64,000 bases of DNA, taken from assembly GCA_050613775.1 (NCBI GenBank), contig JBODTK010000110.1:372001-436000 (forward strand), in the 5' to 3' direction. This document shows, piece after piece, positions 26,224 to 38,474 of the stretch (the first letter of the stretch is position 1; each line of letters opens with the position of its first letter). The notes beneath the pieces are model-generated. The model was not told the origin of the DNA, did not search any database, and saw nothing but the letters and a program-made list of their open reading frames with translations. Made by a program: the position numbers and the translations under genes. This DNA is from Neocallimastix sp. 'constans'. Its lineage: Eukaryota.

Positions 26224-28321
26224 TATTTATATTTAAATTTATGTTTTTACTATTCTTTTTTAAATAATCTTTATAATATATTTTAATCCTTTAGTTTCTA
26301 TCTTTTTAAAATTTATATAACTATTTTATGAAAAGAAATGATTTTATAAATTGTATTTATCTTAAAGAATATTTAATAAAAGTATTAGCTATATTATCAA
26401 CTTTCAATTTTAAATAAAAAGCTTCTATAAAAATTATTTTTTCAATAGTTCACCAATAATAAATTATTATAGTATACATATCAAAGTTTAATCTTAAAAA
26501 AAATAAATAAAAGTTGATTAAATATCTACTAATAAAATGGTGATTAAAAAAATAATGGATTGTTATATCATATTATGTATAAACTTTTTATTAAAATGAA
26601 ATAATAATTATTATTAAATAATTACCAAAATAATAATCATAAATTGTTACATAAATAATTTCTATAATATTCCATAAAAATAAAAATAATAATTAAAAAA
26701 AAAAAAAGGATTTTGATAATTAAATATCAATAAATATAAAAATAACATAAATAATTATATTATTATTACATTTAAATAATTACAATAAAATCCATATCTT
26801 TTGATAATTAATAAAATAATTAAAAAAATTATTATAGAATTTCAAATATTAATTATTAAATATCAAAAATTTTAATTAAAATGTTAGATTTATGATACAT
26901 TAATTAAATGTTACTTTGAAAGGTTAATACTAATTAATGTTAAATATTTACTATTGAATTTTTCAAGTTTTTTTCTTTTTTTTTTTTTTTTTTATTAGTC
27001 TTTCATATTTTTTATATATGAAAATATCCTCCAATAATATTTAATATTTTATTGATGATTTTCTACATATTAGGCTTAAAAGCACCAAAAAAAAAAAAAA
27101 AAGCTTTTTTTAAAAAAAATAAGAAAATAAAAATAAAAAACTTTTTTTACTATTTATTTTATGCGTTTGCATTTGAAAAAACAAACAAATAATATATATT
27201 TATAAAATTTGTTTATCTGTTTTAGAATAAAATAAAATAAAATAAAATAAAAAAAATTTTATTATAATGATACAATTTAATTTAATTTTTTTTTTAAATA
27301 ATTCGAGTAAGATTAAAATTCATTAAAGAGAGAAAAAAAATTTTTTTAATAATAATAAAAAATACCTTTATAAAAGATTCTTATTACAATAAAAATAATA
27401 TAATTATTTTTATATTTATTTATATTTAATTATCAAAATACATTTTTTTTTAAATTATTATCTTTATTTTTATGGAATATTATTGAAATTATTTATATTA
27501 CAAAATATTGTAAAACTTTATATTAAGGATTAAATTTATTGAATTAGCTACATTAGCTATAATAATATGCATATTTTAATTTTTAATTTTAATTTTTATT
27601 TTTATTATTTTTATTATTTTTTTTTTTAAATGTAAAATATTTAAATAAAAATATTATAATGTAGCTTTATTATATAATTAATGCATTAATAACTATTATT
27701 TTTAATTATTATATTTGAATTACTACACAAATATAAATTATTATATTAAATGATAAAAAAAAAAAGTCTCATTAATAATTCAAAAATATCAATGAATTTT
27801 ATCTTTAGGATAAAAAAAAAATAAAGACATATTATCTTTCATATATGATAAATTAATATTTACTATTTATTTTATTAAATAATAATATATATAATATATT
27901 GTTATATATATTTATATAATATTTTTAAAATTTCTATTATAAATATATATATATATTTTAAATAATTATTAAAAGGAAAGTTTTTTATTTTTTTTCTTTC
28001 TTTTTTTAGTAATATTTAATTTATTTATAAAAATGAATTTATAAAAAATAGTAATAATTATATAATAACAATAATAATAACAGTAATAATATGCTTTTAA
28101 TATAAATATTAAAATATATATATATATATAATATTACTATCATAAAATATTAATAATTTAATAATAGAAATCAGAATCAATGATTGTTTCTTTTTTTTTC
28201 TTTCTTACTTTTTTTTTTTTTTTTTTAATATTAATTTTTAATTATTATTTTTCTGATAAAATATATACATATATATATATTTACTTGAATCATTATTTAT
28301 TTGCATTTTTTTTAATCATTA

Positions 28322-28352
<31 letters not shown>

Positions 28353-28642
28353 CTTTATCATTATAATGTAAATTACTATGATGTTCTTTTCAATATTATT
28401 ATTGATGTAGTATTTATATTTCTTTATTATTGGTATTGTGAAGATGTATTGATATTTTTATATAGATATATCATTGATTTCATTATATATATATATATAT
28501 TTAAATGTAAGATTATTTTATTCGTTAAAGTAATTAAAGGAAAAAAAAAATTTTTTTTTATAAATTTAGTATTTTAGTATTTAATTTAATTTTTTTTTTT
28601 TTTTTTGCATGTGTGTGTGTTTTTTCTTTTTTGTTTTATTTA

Positions 28643-30699
28643 TTAAAATAAATCAAACAATTGTAATAATCTTTTATTTAGAGATAATGCAATATTTTCT
28701 TTAGATACAATAGATTTTCTAATTTTTGGACCTGTTTCACCAAGAATTTTTATGATATCACAACTATCATGTCCTTTAATTAACTGTATTTCACTACTAG
28801 TGTAATTAGATAAAGCTCTTCCAACCTCAACAATTTCATCTTTACCGGTATCATTATTTTTAATTATAGTGGTTAATGAAATACATTGATTTGGGAAGAA
28901 ATAATCCTGTGTATCTTCGACATCTATTGGATAAATAGAGTCTAATTTTTCTGATGATTCTCTATGCTTTAATTTCTGTTCAATTAAATGCTTAATACAT
29001 TCAGGTTTAATTTGAATTTGACCTAATGGTGCTAAACCAAAACGAATCCACCATTCTCTATCATTTAATAATACATCATTTGGTAAGAAATGTGTTCCTA
29101 TTTTTGGATTAATTTCTTTATTGGTACTTTCACGTTCTGAAGCTTCTTTTATAATATCAACAATATTATTTGGATATTTACCATTCATAATTACTGTTGT
29201 ACATCCAGCATTAGATGCAATATCTGCTGCAACTAATTTCGTTGACATTCCACCAGTACCAATAGCAGATCCTGGTGTTGATATACTAACTATTTAATAT
29301 ATTTCAATTTATTTGATGATAATATTTAATGTGTATGTAAAGAGAGTGAGAAAAAAAAAATATAAGATATATATATAATAATAACAAAGTAATAAATAAA
29401 TTTTTTAAATTTTCTATTAGTATAGTTCAATATTAAATAAAAATATTAAATAAATTATTAATTCTATTATTAATAATATTATCAAAAATATGATGTAGAG
29501 AAAAAAAAATGAAAATGAAAAATTAATAATAATATAAATAATAATAATAAATTATTATTACCATGTAATTCTTCTAAATCTTTTACTACACGAATTGGTT
29601 TGGCCTCTGGATTAATTCTTGGATTATCAGTATATAGAGCATCAACATCAGTCAATAAGAAAAGAAAATCAGCATTAGTCTATATTTAATATGATTATTA
29701 ATAATAAAAAAAAAAAACAATAATAAGTATTATTATTTATTCATACAATATAATTTTATCTATTATTATTATATTTATATATATTTTTAATACTTACAAT
29801 ACCAGCAGTAATACCTGAAAGTGTATCATTATCACCATAACGTGAGTGTTCATTACAAATTGTATCATTTTCATTAACAATTGGAATTACTCCCATATTT
29901 AATAATTCATTAAATGTATTACATGCGTTAATATATTGAAACCTCTACCAATATTTTTATTATTTCATTTTTTTAAACGAAAAAAAAAAAAAAAAAAAAA
30001 AACATAATTATATATAAAATATATATTAATATACAAAAAAAAAAAAAAAAAATTATTATTTAGTTTAAATATTATTTATTTATTTATTATTTTTTTTTTA
30101 TTATAATTAATTATTACTTCAGTTAAATCAGATCTTGATAATAAAACTTGTGCTATAGGTTGATTAAAATTTGAGAAAAGTGTATCATATTTACTCATAA
30201 GTCTTCCTTGTCCAACAGCAGCAATAGCCTTTTTATTATATTTAAATGAAAAACATATTTTTTTATAATGAATAATAAGAATTAATTAATTAATTAATTA
30301 ATAATAATAAGCGAGATTTATTAAATTATGATTGGTAAATAAATTAAAGAAAATCTTTTTTTTTTATATATAATGGATTAGGCTATATTACTATTATTTA
30401 ATTTTTTTTTATACCTGTACTTTAGCTCTTGACTTTGTTGGTTTCTGTTTAAAATTTAATCTTCTTAAACCTGTACCAACAGCACCACTAGACACAAGGA
30501 CAGGTCTATGTCCTAATTTTTTTAATTCTATAATAGATTCAACAAGCATGGAAAGATTTGCTAATTTTGGGAAATAATTATGTTCATCACAAATAGAAGA
30601 GGTACCAATTTTAATTATAATAGTATATGTTCCCTTTTTATACTTTGTAGATCTATTTATATTTTCATCGACTTTATTTGGTGCATTTTCTGTAGCCAT
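28643..30699 (-). CDS. PRO1: Gamma-glutamyl (glutamate 5-) kinase with C-terminal PUA-like domain, ~5 exons
   Basis: Motifs [76 protein letters not shown] and [15 protein letters not shown]. The C-terminal [30 protein letters not shown] is PUA-like. Confidence 0.95.
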
Positions 30700-31633
30700 T
30701 TTTTTATTGTTTTTTCTTTTGAATGCTTTTTTTATTATAAAAGCTTTTATGAATTACTTTTTATTTTGTTTTTTTATTTTAGTTTATTTGTTATTGAAAA
30801 CAACGTAATAATTTATATAATATTCGTATTATTTTAATGATGGATAGAATAAAAAAAATTTGCTTGAATAAATTAATATTAAATAGACAATATTAAAAAA
30901 GAAAAAAAATATTAATTAACATCAATATCATATATATATCTGAATTTAAAGAATAATAAAATATATAAAATATGAAATTTTGGTATAAAGAATATTTATA
31001 AGATATTGTTAAAAACATGTTTTCTCCTTTTTAAATAAAATATATTTATATATATATTATTGAAAATATTAATACTATTTACTTTATTTTTTTGAAATAT
31101 TATTGATTAATTTCTTTTAATTTTAAAATGTCTATTTTTTAAAATTTTTAAAATTTTTTTGAAATCCCTAATTCAAATTTCACTATAAATTGTTATTTCA
31201 GTAATTGATTTTCAGTATGATTATTATTATTATTTTTTTTTTTTTTTTTTTTTGTTTTTTTTTTTTTTTTTGTTTTTTTGAATTTAATTCTATTTAAATA
31301 TATATATATATATTTTAAATTTATGAATGCTCAGAAGAATATATATTTCTCTATTCTTTTATTAATATATTTTTTATCAAACATTTCTTCTCTAAATTAA
31401 AATATTTATATTCCAATAATTAATATTTCCATATATTAAACGTTTTTAATAGTTTTTACTCTCATTACTATTTCAAATTATATTATATATCATCCTTATT
31501 GCTAATATAAAGAATATTTACTTTTTAATTTTATTTTTTAGTTTTAATTTTCTATTAAAAAATATAGAAATCCTTTTTTTTTTTTTTTTTTTTATTTTTT
31601 GTTTTAATATATAAAGAAAATTTTACTAAAGCT

Positions 31634-31664
<31 letters not shown>

Positions 31665-32981
31665 GTTTTGATGGTAAATCAATATTATATATATTTATAA
31701 TATAATAAACTATATTTAATAATAATTTTAGATTTTTAAATTTTAAAATATCACAGTAATTTATATATTATCAATATACTATTTTTAATTTCTTAAATAT
31801 TAATGATTAATTAAATTATTAATATATATATTATTATATATAATTAAAGAAGTATATATATATATAAAATTTAATGTTTATAAATTTTAATAATTAATAT
31901 AATGTATTATTGTATTATATTATTATATTACAATTATAAATATAAATTATTAAGTAATGGAGAATTTTTTTTTATTGTATGCTTATAGAAATATATATAT
32001 ATTTAAATATTTAGTTTTATTCACATTATACTTTACATTTAGTAAATACAAAAAAAATATAAAAAAAAAAAAATATAATAAAATAAAATAAAATAAAATA
32101 AAACTTAATAAAAGAAAAAAAATCTATTATTTAATCTTATTCAAATATATAAAAAAGTGAAAAATCATAATTCATATTTTGTTGATCATTATACAAATAT
32201 CGCTTTTTGTATATTTAGATTTTTTTTTTTTAATACTTTTTTGGTTCGTTTTATTTTTATTTTTTTTATAAATTATAATTTTATTATATATTATAATTTT
32301 TGTTTTATCATTATCATGACTTTTATTCAGATAAATATTATTACATTATAATAAAAAAAAATATAATATAATTCTAAAAATAACTATTTTATATAAAATT
32401 ATTAATTAATAAGCTTTTATTAATATGCGTTTGGAATGACCAATATTTTTAAAATTTAATGAACTATAATATTTTTTAATAATTAATAAAAGAAAATGAT
32501 AATTTTTTTTTAATGTACTATAATACTTTTTAATAATAACTAAAAGAAAATGATAATTTTTTTTTTTAGAACTATTGATATAGTTATATAGTTAATAATT
32601 TATGGAATTACAACCAATTTATAATTTAAAAAGAATATATATTTATACAAAGGATTTAAATCTCCATCTGTAAAATAAAATAAAAAAAAACTTTTTTTTT
32701 TAATTGAATACACAATTTTTCTTAATTTATTATTTTTTTAATTTTAATTATATATTTTATTCTTGTTTTATATTTTATTAATGTATTAATGTATATAATG
32801 CTTTTAAATGTTTATTTTTATTCTAAATTGTTAAAGTAATTTTTTTTTTAAAAAAAAAAAGGTTTAAAATAAATTAATATAAAAATTTTTAATGAATGCG
32901 GTTGTTAGTATAATCTATTATTGTTTCAATTTTAAAAATTAAGTATAAAGACTAATTTTTATTATATAAACTATATATATA

Positions 32982-33018
<37 letters not shown>

Positions 33019-33875
33019 ATTTTCATACATAATAAATTTAGAATTATACAATTTTATTTTTTTATTATCTTTAATAAATAAAATTGTAAAAAATCATATA
33101 CCATGTTTATTTCGTTATTATATTTTTTTTATTATATTTATTCTATCTATTATATAAATTAAATAATTACAAGGGAAAAATCATTTACATATTATAAATC
33201 TTAAATTTTTTATTTATTTACAATCAAAATTAATCATCTTTCTATTAATAATAATTCAAATAATATAGTTATAAATATATATCCATTATATTATTTTTCT
33301 TTCTTTGATATTTAAATTAATTATACATATATATATATGTTTTAGTTTTTTATATATAACAAGAAATATCCATATATATACTTTTTTTATTACAATATAT
33401 TTTGATTATTAAAAAAATTTAATATTAAAATAAAGCCAAAACCAAAATCAAAGCATTGAGACCAACAATTAATAATTAATATTTCTTATTTTTTTTTTGT
33501 ACATTTTTAATTTAATCATGTGATTACTAGTAATGAGTATAACGTACCATTTTTGTTTAAATAGTTACAATACTTCATTAAACGTATACAATTTTTTTTT
33601 TTTTTTTTTATTTATTTATTTTATTTTATTTAAACTAAAATTATATATTCTAATAAGTTTTATTACAATTTTTAATTATATATAGTTTATTCTAAATATA
33701 ATAAATTATTTATTTATTTATTTATTTATATTTTTTACATTTTTATTTTTTTTTGTTATTTTTTATTTTTATTTTTATTTAATATTTTTTTCAGTAATTT
33801 ACTTGTTTTTTTTCGCTATAGTGTTTGTTTTTATTTATTTTAAAAAAATTTATATATATATATATATATATATTT

Positions 33876-35003
33876 TTAATTATTATCGATTTCACTGTCT
33901 TCATTTTCTTCAACTGCAGTATCAGATTCAATTTCAATCATTTCATCATCTGAATCATTTGAATCATTTTCACTATTATTATATTCTTTTAAAACATTTA
34001 ATAATGAATAATAAGCACTCTTTGGGGCATAATTTTCATCAAAGATAGTGGCATAACCATCAGTAATCCAACTATCGAAATCACTAACTCCCCAAATTAA
34101 GAAGGCGGTACAATTACTACTATCTAAACAAGCTTTAAGAGCTTCAGCATAAAGTCTAGCTTGTAATTCATAGAGTTCAGGAGTTGGTTCTTCATCAAGT
34201 CTGACATCTATTTCTGTAATTTGAACTTCAAGTCCAATTTCAGCATATTTAGCCATAACTTCCATAACTTGATCATAGGTTGGATAACCAGTTGAACGAA
34301 CATGATATTGAAGACCTACTCCATCAAGTGGAACACCACGATCTAATAAATCCTTGGCAAAGTTAAAAGTAGCATTTGACTTTTCAACGTGAACACCTTT
34401 CTTATTAAGATGTGGTCCGCCTTCATTATAATATTCATTATAGAATAATTTAAGATTTGGATCAATTTCACGAGCAGTTTTAAAAGCAATATCAATATAA
34501 TCTGGAACTTCTTGTAAGAGGAAAGAATTACGTAAAACAAATGGATTTTCTTCAGTAGCATCTTTATCAGCAAGAGCTTCATTTACAATATCCCATGTAT
34601 CAATTTTTCCTTTATAATGAGTTAAAACGGTTGTAATATGATTAATAATAGCATTTTTTAAATCATCACCTTTTAAATTTTGAAACCATTCTGGTTGATA
34701 ATTATGCCAGATTAAACAGTGACCTCTAAATTTCATTCCTAATTCAAGAGCTTTTTCGTAATGAGCATCACAATCGGTAAAATCAAAAACACCTTCTTCT
34801 GCTTGAATGCCAGATAATTTACAACCATTTTCAGCAACCATATAGTTAAATTGACTTAATGCTTCCATATAAGTATCATTATTAAATCTATTTGTGTTAC
34901 CAGCAACACCAAATAAAAAGTCTTTTGCAGCTTCTCTTAAAGTTACATCAGCTAAAGCAAAAGTAGCAGAAGCGCTTAAAGTTAATAAATAAGTGAATTT
35001 CAT
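33876..35003 (-). CDS. Secreted GH10 endo-1,4-beta-xylanase, copy A (intronless, no dockerin/CBM, acidic tail)
   Basis: 375-aa ORF with a signal peptide. GH10 motifs: VAENGCK, FRGHCLIWHNYQPEW, WDIVNEA (acid/base Glu), DGVGLQYH, VQITEIDV (nucleophile Glu) and WGVSDFDSW. Confidence 0.96.
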   Translation of the reverse strand: MKFTYLLTLSASATFALADVTLREAAKDFLFGVAGNTNRFNNDTYMEALSQFNYMVAENGCKLSGIQAEEGVFDFTDCDAHYEKALELGMKFRGHCLIWHNYQPEWFQNLKGDDLKNAIINHITTVLTHYKGKIDTWDIVNEALADKDATEENPFVLRNSFLLQEVPDYIDIAFKTAREIDPNLKLFYNEYYNEGGPHLNKKGVHVEKSNATFNFAKDLLDRGVPLDGVGLQYHVRSTGYPTYDQVMEVMAKYAEIGLEVQITEIDVRLDEEPTPELYELQARLYAEALKACLDSSNCTAFLIWGVSDFDSWITDGYATIFDENYAPKSAYYSLLNVLKEYNNSENDSNDSDDEMIEIESDTAVEENEDSEIDNN

Positions 35004-37346
35004 TCTGATCTTTTTATTTATTTATATATTTTAATTTTAATTTTTTTTTATATTTATTTATTTACTTATTTATTTATTTATTATTTATTTAATTTTATAT
35101 TTTGTGAAGAAATTTAAAAAAAAAAAACTTTTTCAAGATATTTATACTTTTTCAAATTTAATAGAAAAATAAATTAATATATTGTTAATAAAGTTTTATT
35201 AAAAAAAATTTTTTTTTTAGTTAAATATTAATATATTTATATTAATATACTTATATTAAAAGGATTAAGCTTTCATCCAATTATCTGGAAAGTAACATAG
35301 AAAATCTTTAAATTATTGGTACTTGGATATTTTACAATTAAGATAAATATTTTTTTTTTGAAAGTTTAAATATTAATTAATTATTATGATAATAGAAATG
35401 AACTTTTTGGTTACACAATAAAATTAATAATTTTCCGTTGTTATTTTTATTTATGATTTATAATTTATATATTTATTAAAAAAAAAAAAAAAAAAGCAAT
35501 AACAATATAAAAAATATATAAAAAATATGTATAAATGAGACAATATAAAATATTATAAAATAAAATTATTGTTTATCTGTCTTTTTATATTTCCAAAAGG
35601 ATCAACCGTTTTTTAATATAATAATTATCTAATAATAAATAAATAATAATAATAATAATTAATTTCACAAAATAAATAGAATAAATAATATAAACTAAAA
35701 ATATTAATAAAATATAATTGAAGTTGATCTATTTTGTCAGTTTGAAATAAAATAGGACTCCCCTTCTAACTTTGTTATTATACAAAAATTTCAATAATAA
35801 TTGCCTTAAATAATATAAAAATTCTGCATTATTTAATTTATTTATTTATTATTGTTATAATTTTTTTTAATTGTAATAACAATAATTATTAGTAAAAAAT
35901 TTTAAAAAGAATGTATTAATTACATAAAAAAAAAAAATTATGAAAAACTTTTAAATTAATTGTAAAATAATTTTTGATTATTATTATTTTTTTTAAATGA
36001 AATTTATATTGTTTAAAAATAATAAAATCAAAGTCAATTAATATAATTAAATAAACTAATTTTGAAATAGATCTTATTAATATATATAGCAATAATTAGA
36101 TACATATAAACTATAAAGTAATAATAATAATAATAATAATAAAATTCAATAATAATAATTGTTGGTAATAATTCATTAAATTTCTAGTGTTAATATTAAA
36201 TAACAATATCTGTTTTATTAAAATATAGTTCTTTTGAAATTTTATTATTAGTATTAATATTATTATTATTATTATTATATTATTATTATTATTATTATAA
36301 TTTTAAGATGGCAAAGAATCAAAAAATACAATATAAAAAAACTATATATATAGATGGAGACATTTAATGATTATATTTTTATCTTTAATATCAAAATTAA
36401 AAATATCAAATTTTTAAAAAAATACAAGGAAATAAGATTTTAGAAATTATACTTTAAGAAAAGTGCTAAGAAATATTTTGATTTTAAACTTCAGGAATAA
36501 AAGAAATATAGAAATAGAATTATATATATATTTAAACTTTTTTGATAAAAATAAATTTAATTTTACATAAATGTAAATATATTTATGTAAATATATGAAC
36601 AATAAGAAATATACAAAGAAATGTATTATTTTTTTTAAATAATAAAACATTATTAAATATATATAAATATTACATAAATAGTATTTATTTATAAGTACTA
36701 ATATTAAAAAACTTAATGTTAATAGATATATAATAATAATTATATATATATAAATTAAGGCTAAAACCAAAAATTAATAATATATATTAATTAGTAATTA
36801 TTATATATATCATCATCAATCCAAATATAAATTTTTAATACAATTCTACTAATATTTAACACAACATAATTTTGACAAATATTTGTAATATATAATTAAT
36901 AATTGAACACAAAATGTATATAAATAATAGTTTTTATTTCGTTTTTGCTTTATTTTGTTTTTGTTTCATTTTTTTTTTTTTTTTTTTTTACTACTAATTA
37001 CTATTTTATATTTACAAAAATTATATTATATTGTTTTGATTTGTTTTACTTTATTTTACTAATATTTATTATTTATTTTTATAAAAATTATATTTTAATA
37101 TCTTTATTATAATATTTTAACTATATTAGTTTATTCTAAATATAATAAAATATATATGTATTTTGTTATACTATTTTATTTTTTATTTTTTTTATTTTAT
37201 TTTTTTTTTTTTTTTAATATTAATTTTTATTTGTATAAATTTTAATATATATATATATATATATTTTTTTTTTCATTTTTTTTATTACTTTATGTATATA
37301 TATATATTTTTCATATACTTAAAAAAAACATTTTTGTTCTTTTCTT

Positions 37347-38474
37347 CTAATTACTATCGCTTTCACTGTCTTCATTTTCTTCAACTGCAGTATCAGATTC
37401 AATTTCAATCATTTCATCATCTGAATCATTTGAATCATTTTCACTATTATTATATTCTTTTAAAACATTTAATAATGAATAATAAGCACTCTTTGGGGCA
37501 TAATTTTCATCAAAGATTGTGGGGTGTCCATATGAAATCCAACTATCGAAATCACTAACTCCCCAAATTAAGAAGGCGGTACAATTACTACTATCTAAAC
37601 AAGCTTTAAGAGCTTCAGCATAAAGTCTAGCTTGTAATTCATAAAGTTCAGGAGTTAGTTTTCCATCAAGTCTGACATCTATTTCTGTAATTTGAACTTC
37701 AAGTCCAATTTCAGCATATTTAGCCATAACTTCCATAACTTGATCATAGGTTGGATAACTAGTAGATTGAATATGATATTGAAGACCTACTCCATCAAGT
37801 GGAACACCACGATCTAATAAATCCTTGGCAAAGTTAAAAGTAGCATTTGACTTTTTAAGATTTTGACCAAACCAATTATAATGTGGTCCGCCTTCATTAT
37901 AATATTCATTATAGAATAATTTAAGATTTGGATCAATTTCACGAGCAGTTTTAAAAGCAATATCAATATAATCTGGAACTTCTTGTAAAAGGAAAGAATC
38001 ACGTAAAACAAATGGATTTTCTTCAGTAGCATCTACATCAGCAAGAGCTTCATTTACAATATCCCATGTATCAATTTTTCCTTTATAATGAGTTAAAACG
38101 GTTGTAATATGATTAATAATAGCATTTTTTAAATCTTCACCTTTTAAATTTTGAAACCATTCTGGTTGATAATTATGCCAGATTAAACAGTGACCTCTAA
38201 ATTTCATTCCTAATTCAAGAGCTTTTTCGTAATGAGCATCACAATCGGTAAAATCAAAAACACCTTCTTCTGCTTGAATGCCAGATAATTTACAACCATT
38301 TTCAGCAACCATATAGTTAAATTGACTTAATGCTTCCATATAAGTATCATTATTAAATCTATTTGTGTTACCAGCAACACCAAATAAAAAGTCTTTTGCA
38401 GCTTCTCTTAAAGTTACATCAGCTAAAGCAAAAGTAGCAGAAGCGCTTAAAGTTAATAAAGAAGTGAATTTCAT
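37347..38474 (-). CDS. Secreted GH10 endo-1,4-beta-xylanase, copy B (tandem paralogue of copy A)
   Basis: 375-aa ORF with the same motifs. I count 23 amino-acid differences from copy A. Confidence 0.96.
   Translation of the reverse strand: MKFTSLLTLSASATFALADVTLREAAKDFLFGVAGNTNRFNNDTYMEALSQFNYMVAENGCKLSGIQAEEGVFDFTDCDAHYEKALELGMKFRGHCLIWHNYQPEWFQNLKGEDLKNAIINHITTVLTHYKGKIDTWDIVNEALADVDATEENPFVLRDSFLLQEVPDYIDIAFKTAREIDPNLKLFYNEYYNEGGPHYNWFGQNLKKSNATFNFAKDLLDRGVPLDGVGLQYHIQSTSYPTYDQVMEVMAKYAEIGLEVQITEIDVRLDGKLTPELYELQARLYAEALKACLDSSNCTAFLIWGVSDFDSWISYGHPTIFDENYAPKSAYYSLLNVLKEYNNSENDSNDSDDEMIEIESDTAVEENEDSESDSN

Noticed and set aside
36755..36770. GGCTAAA, an XlnR-like site between the xylanase genes
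   Set aside because: XlnR is an ascomycete regulator. The site is single and is not conserved at the paralogous position (~33432, AAGCCAAAA).
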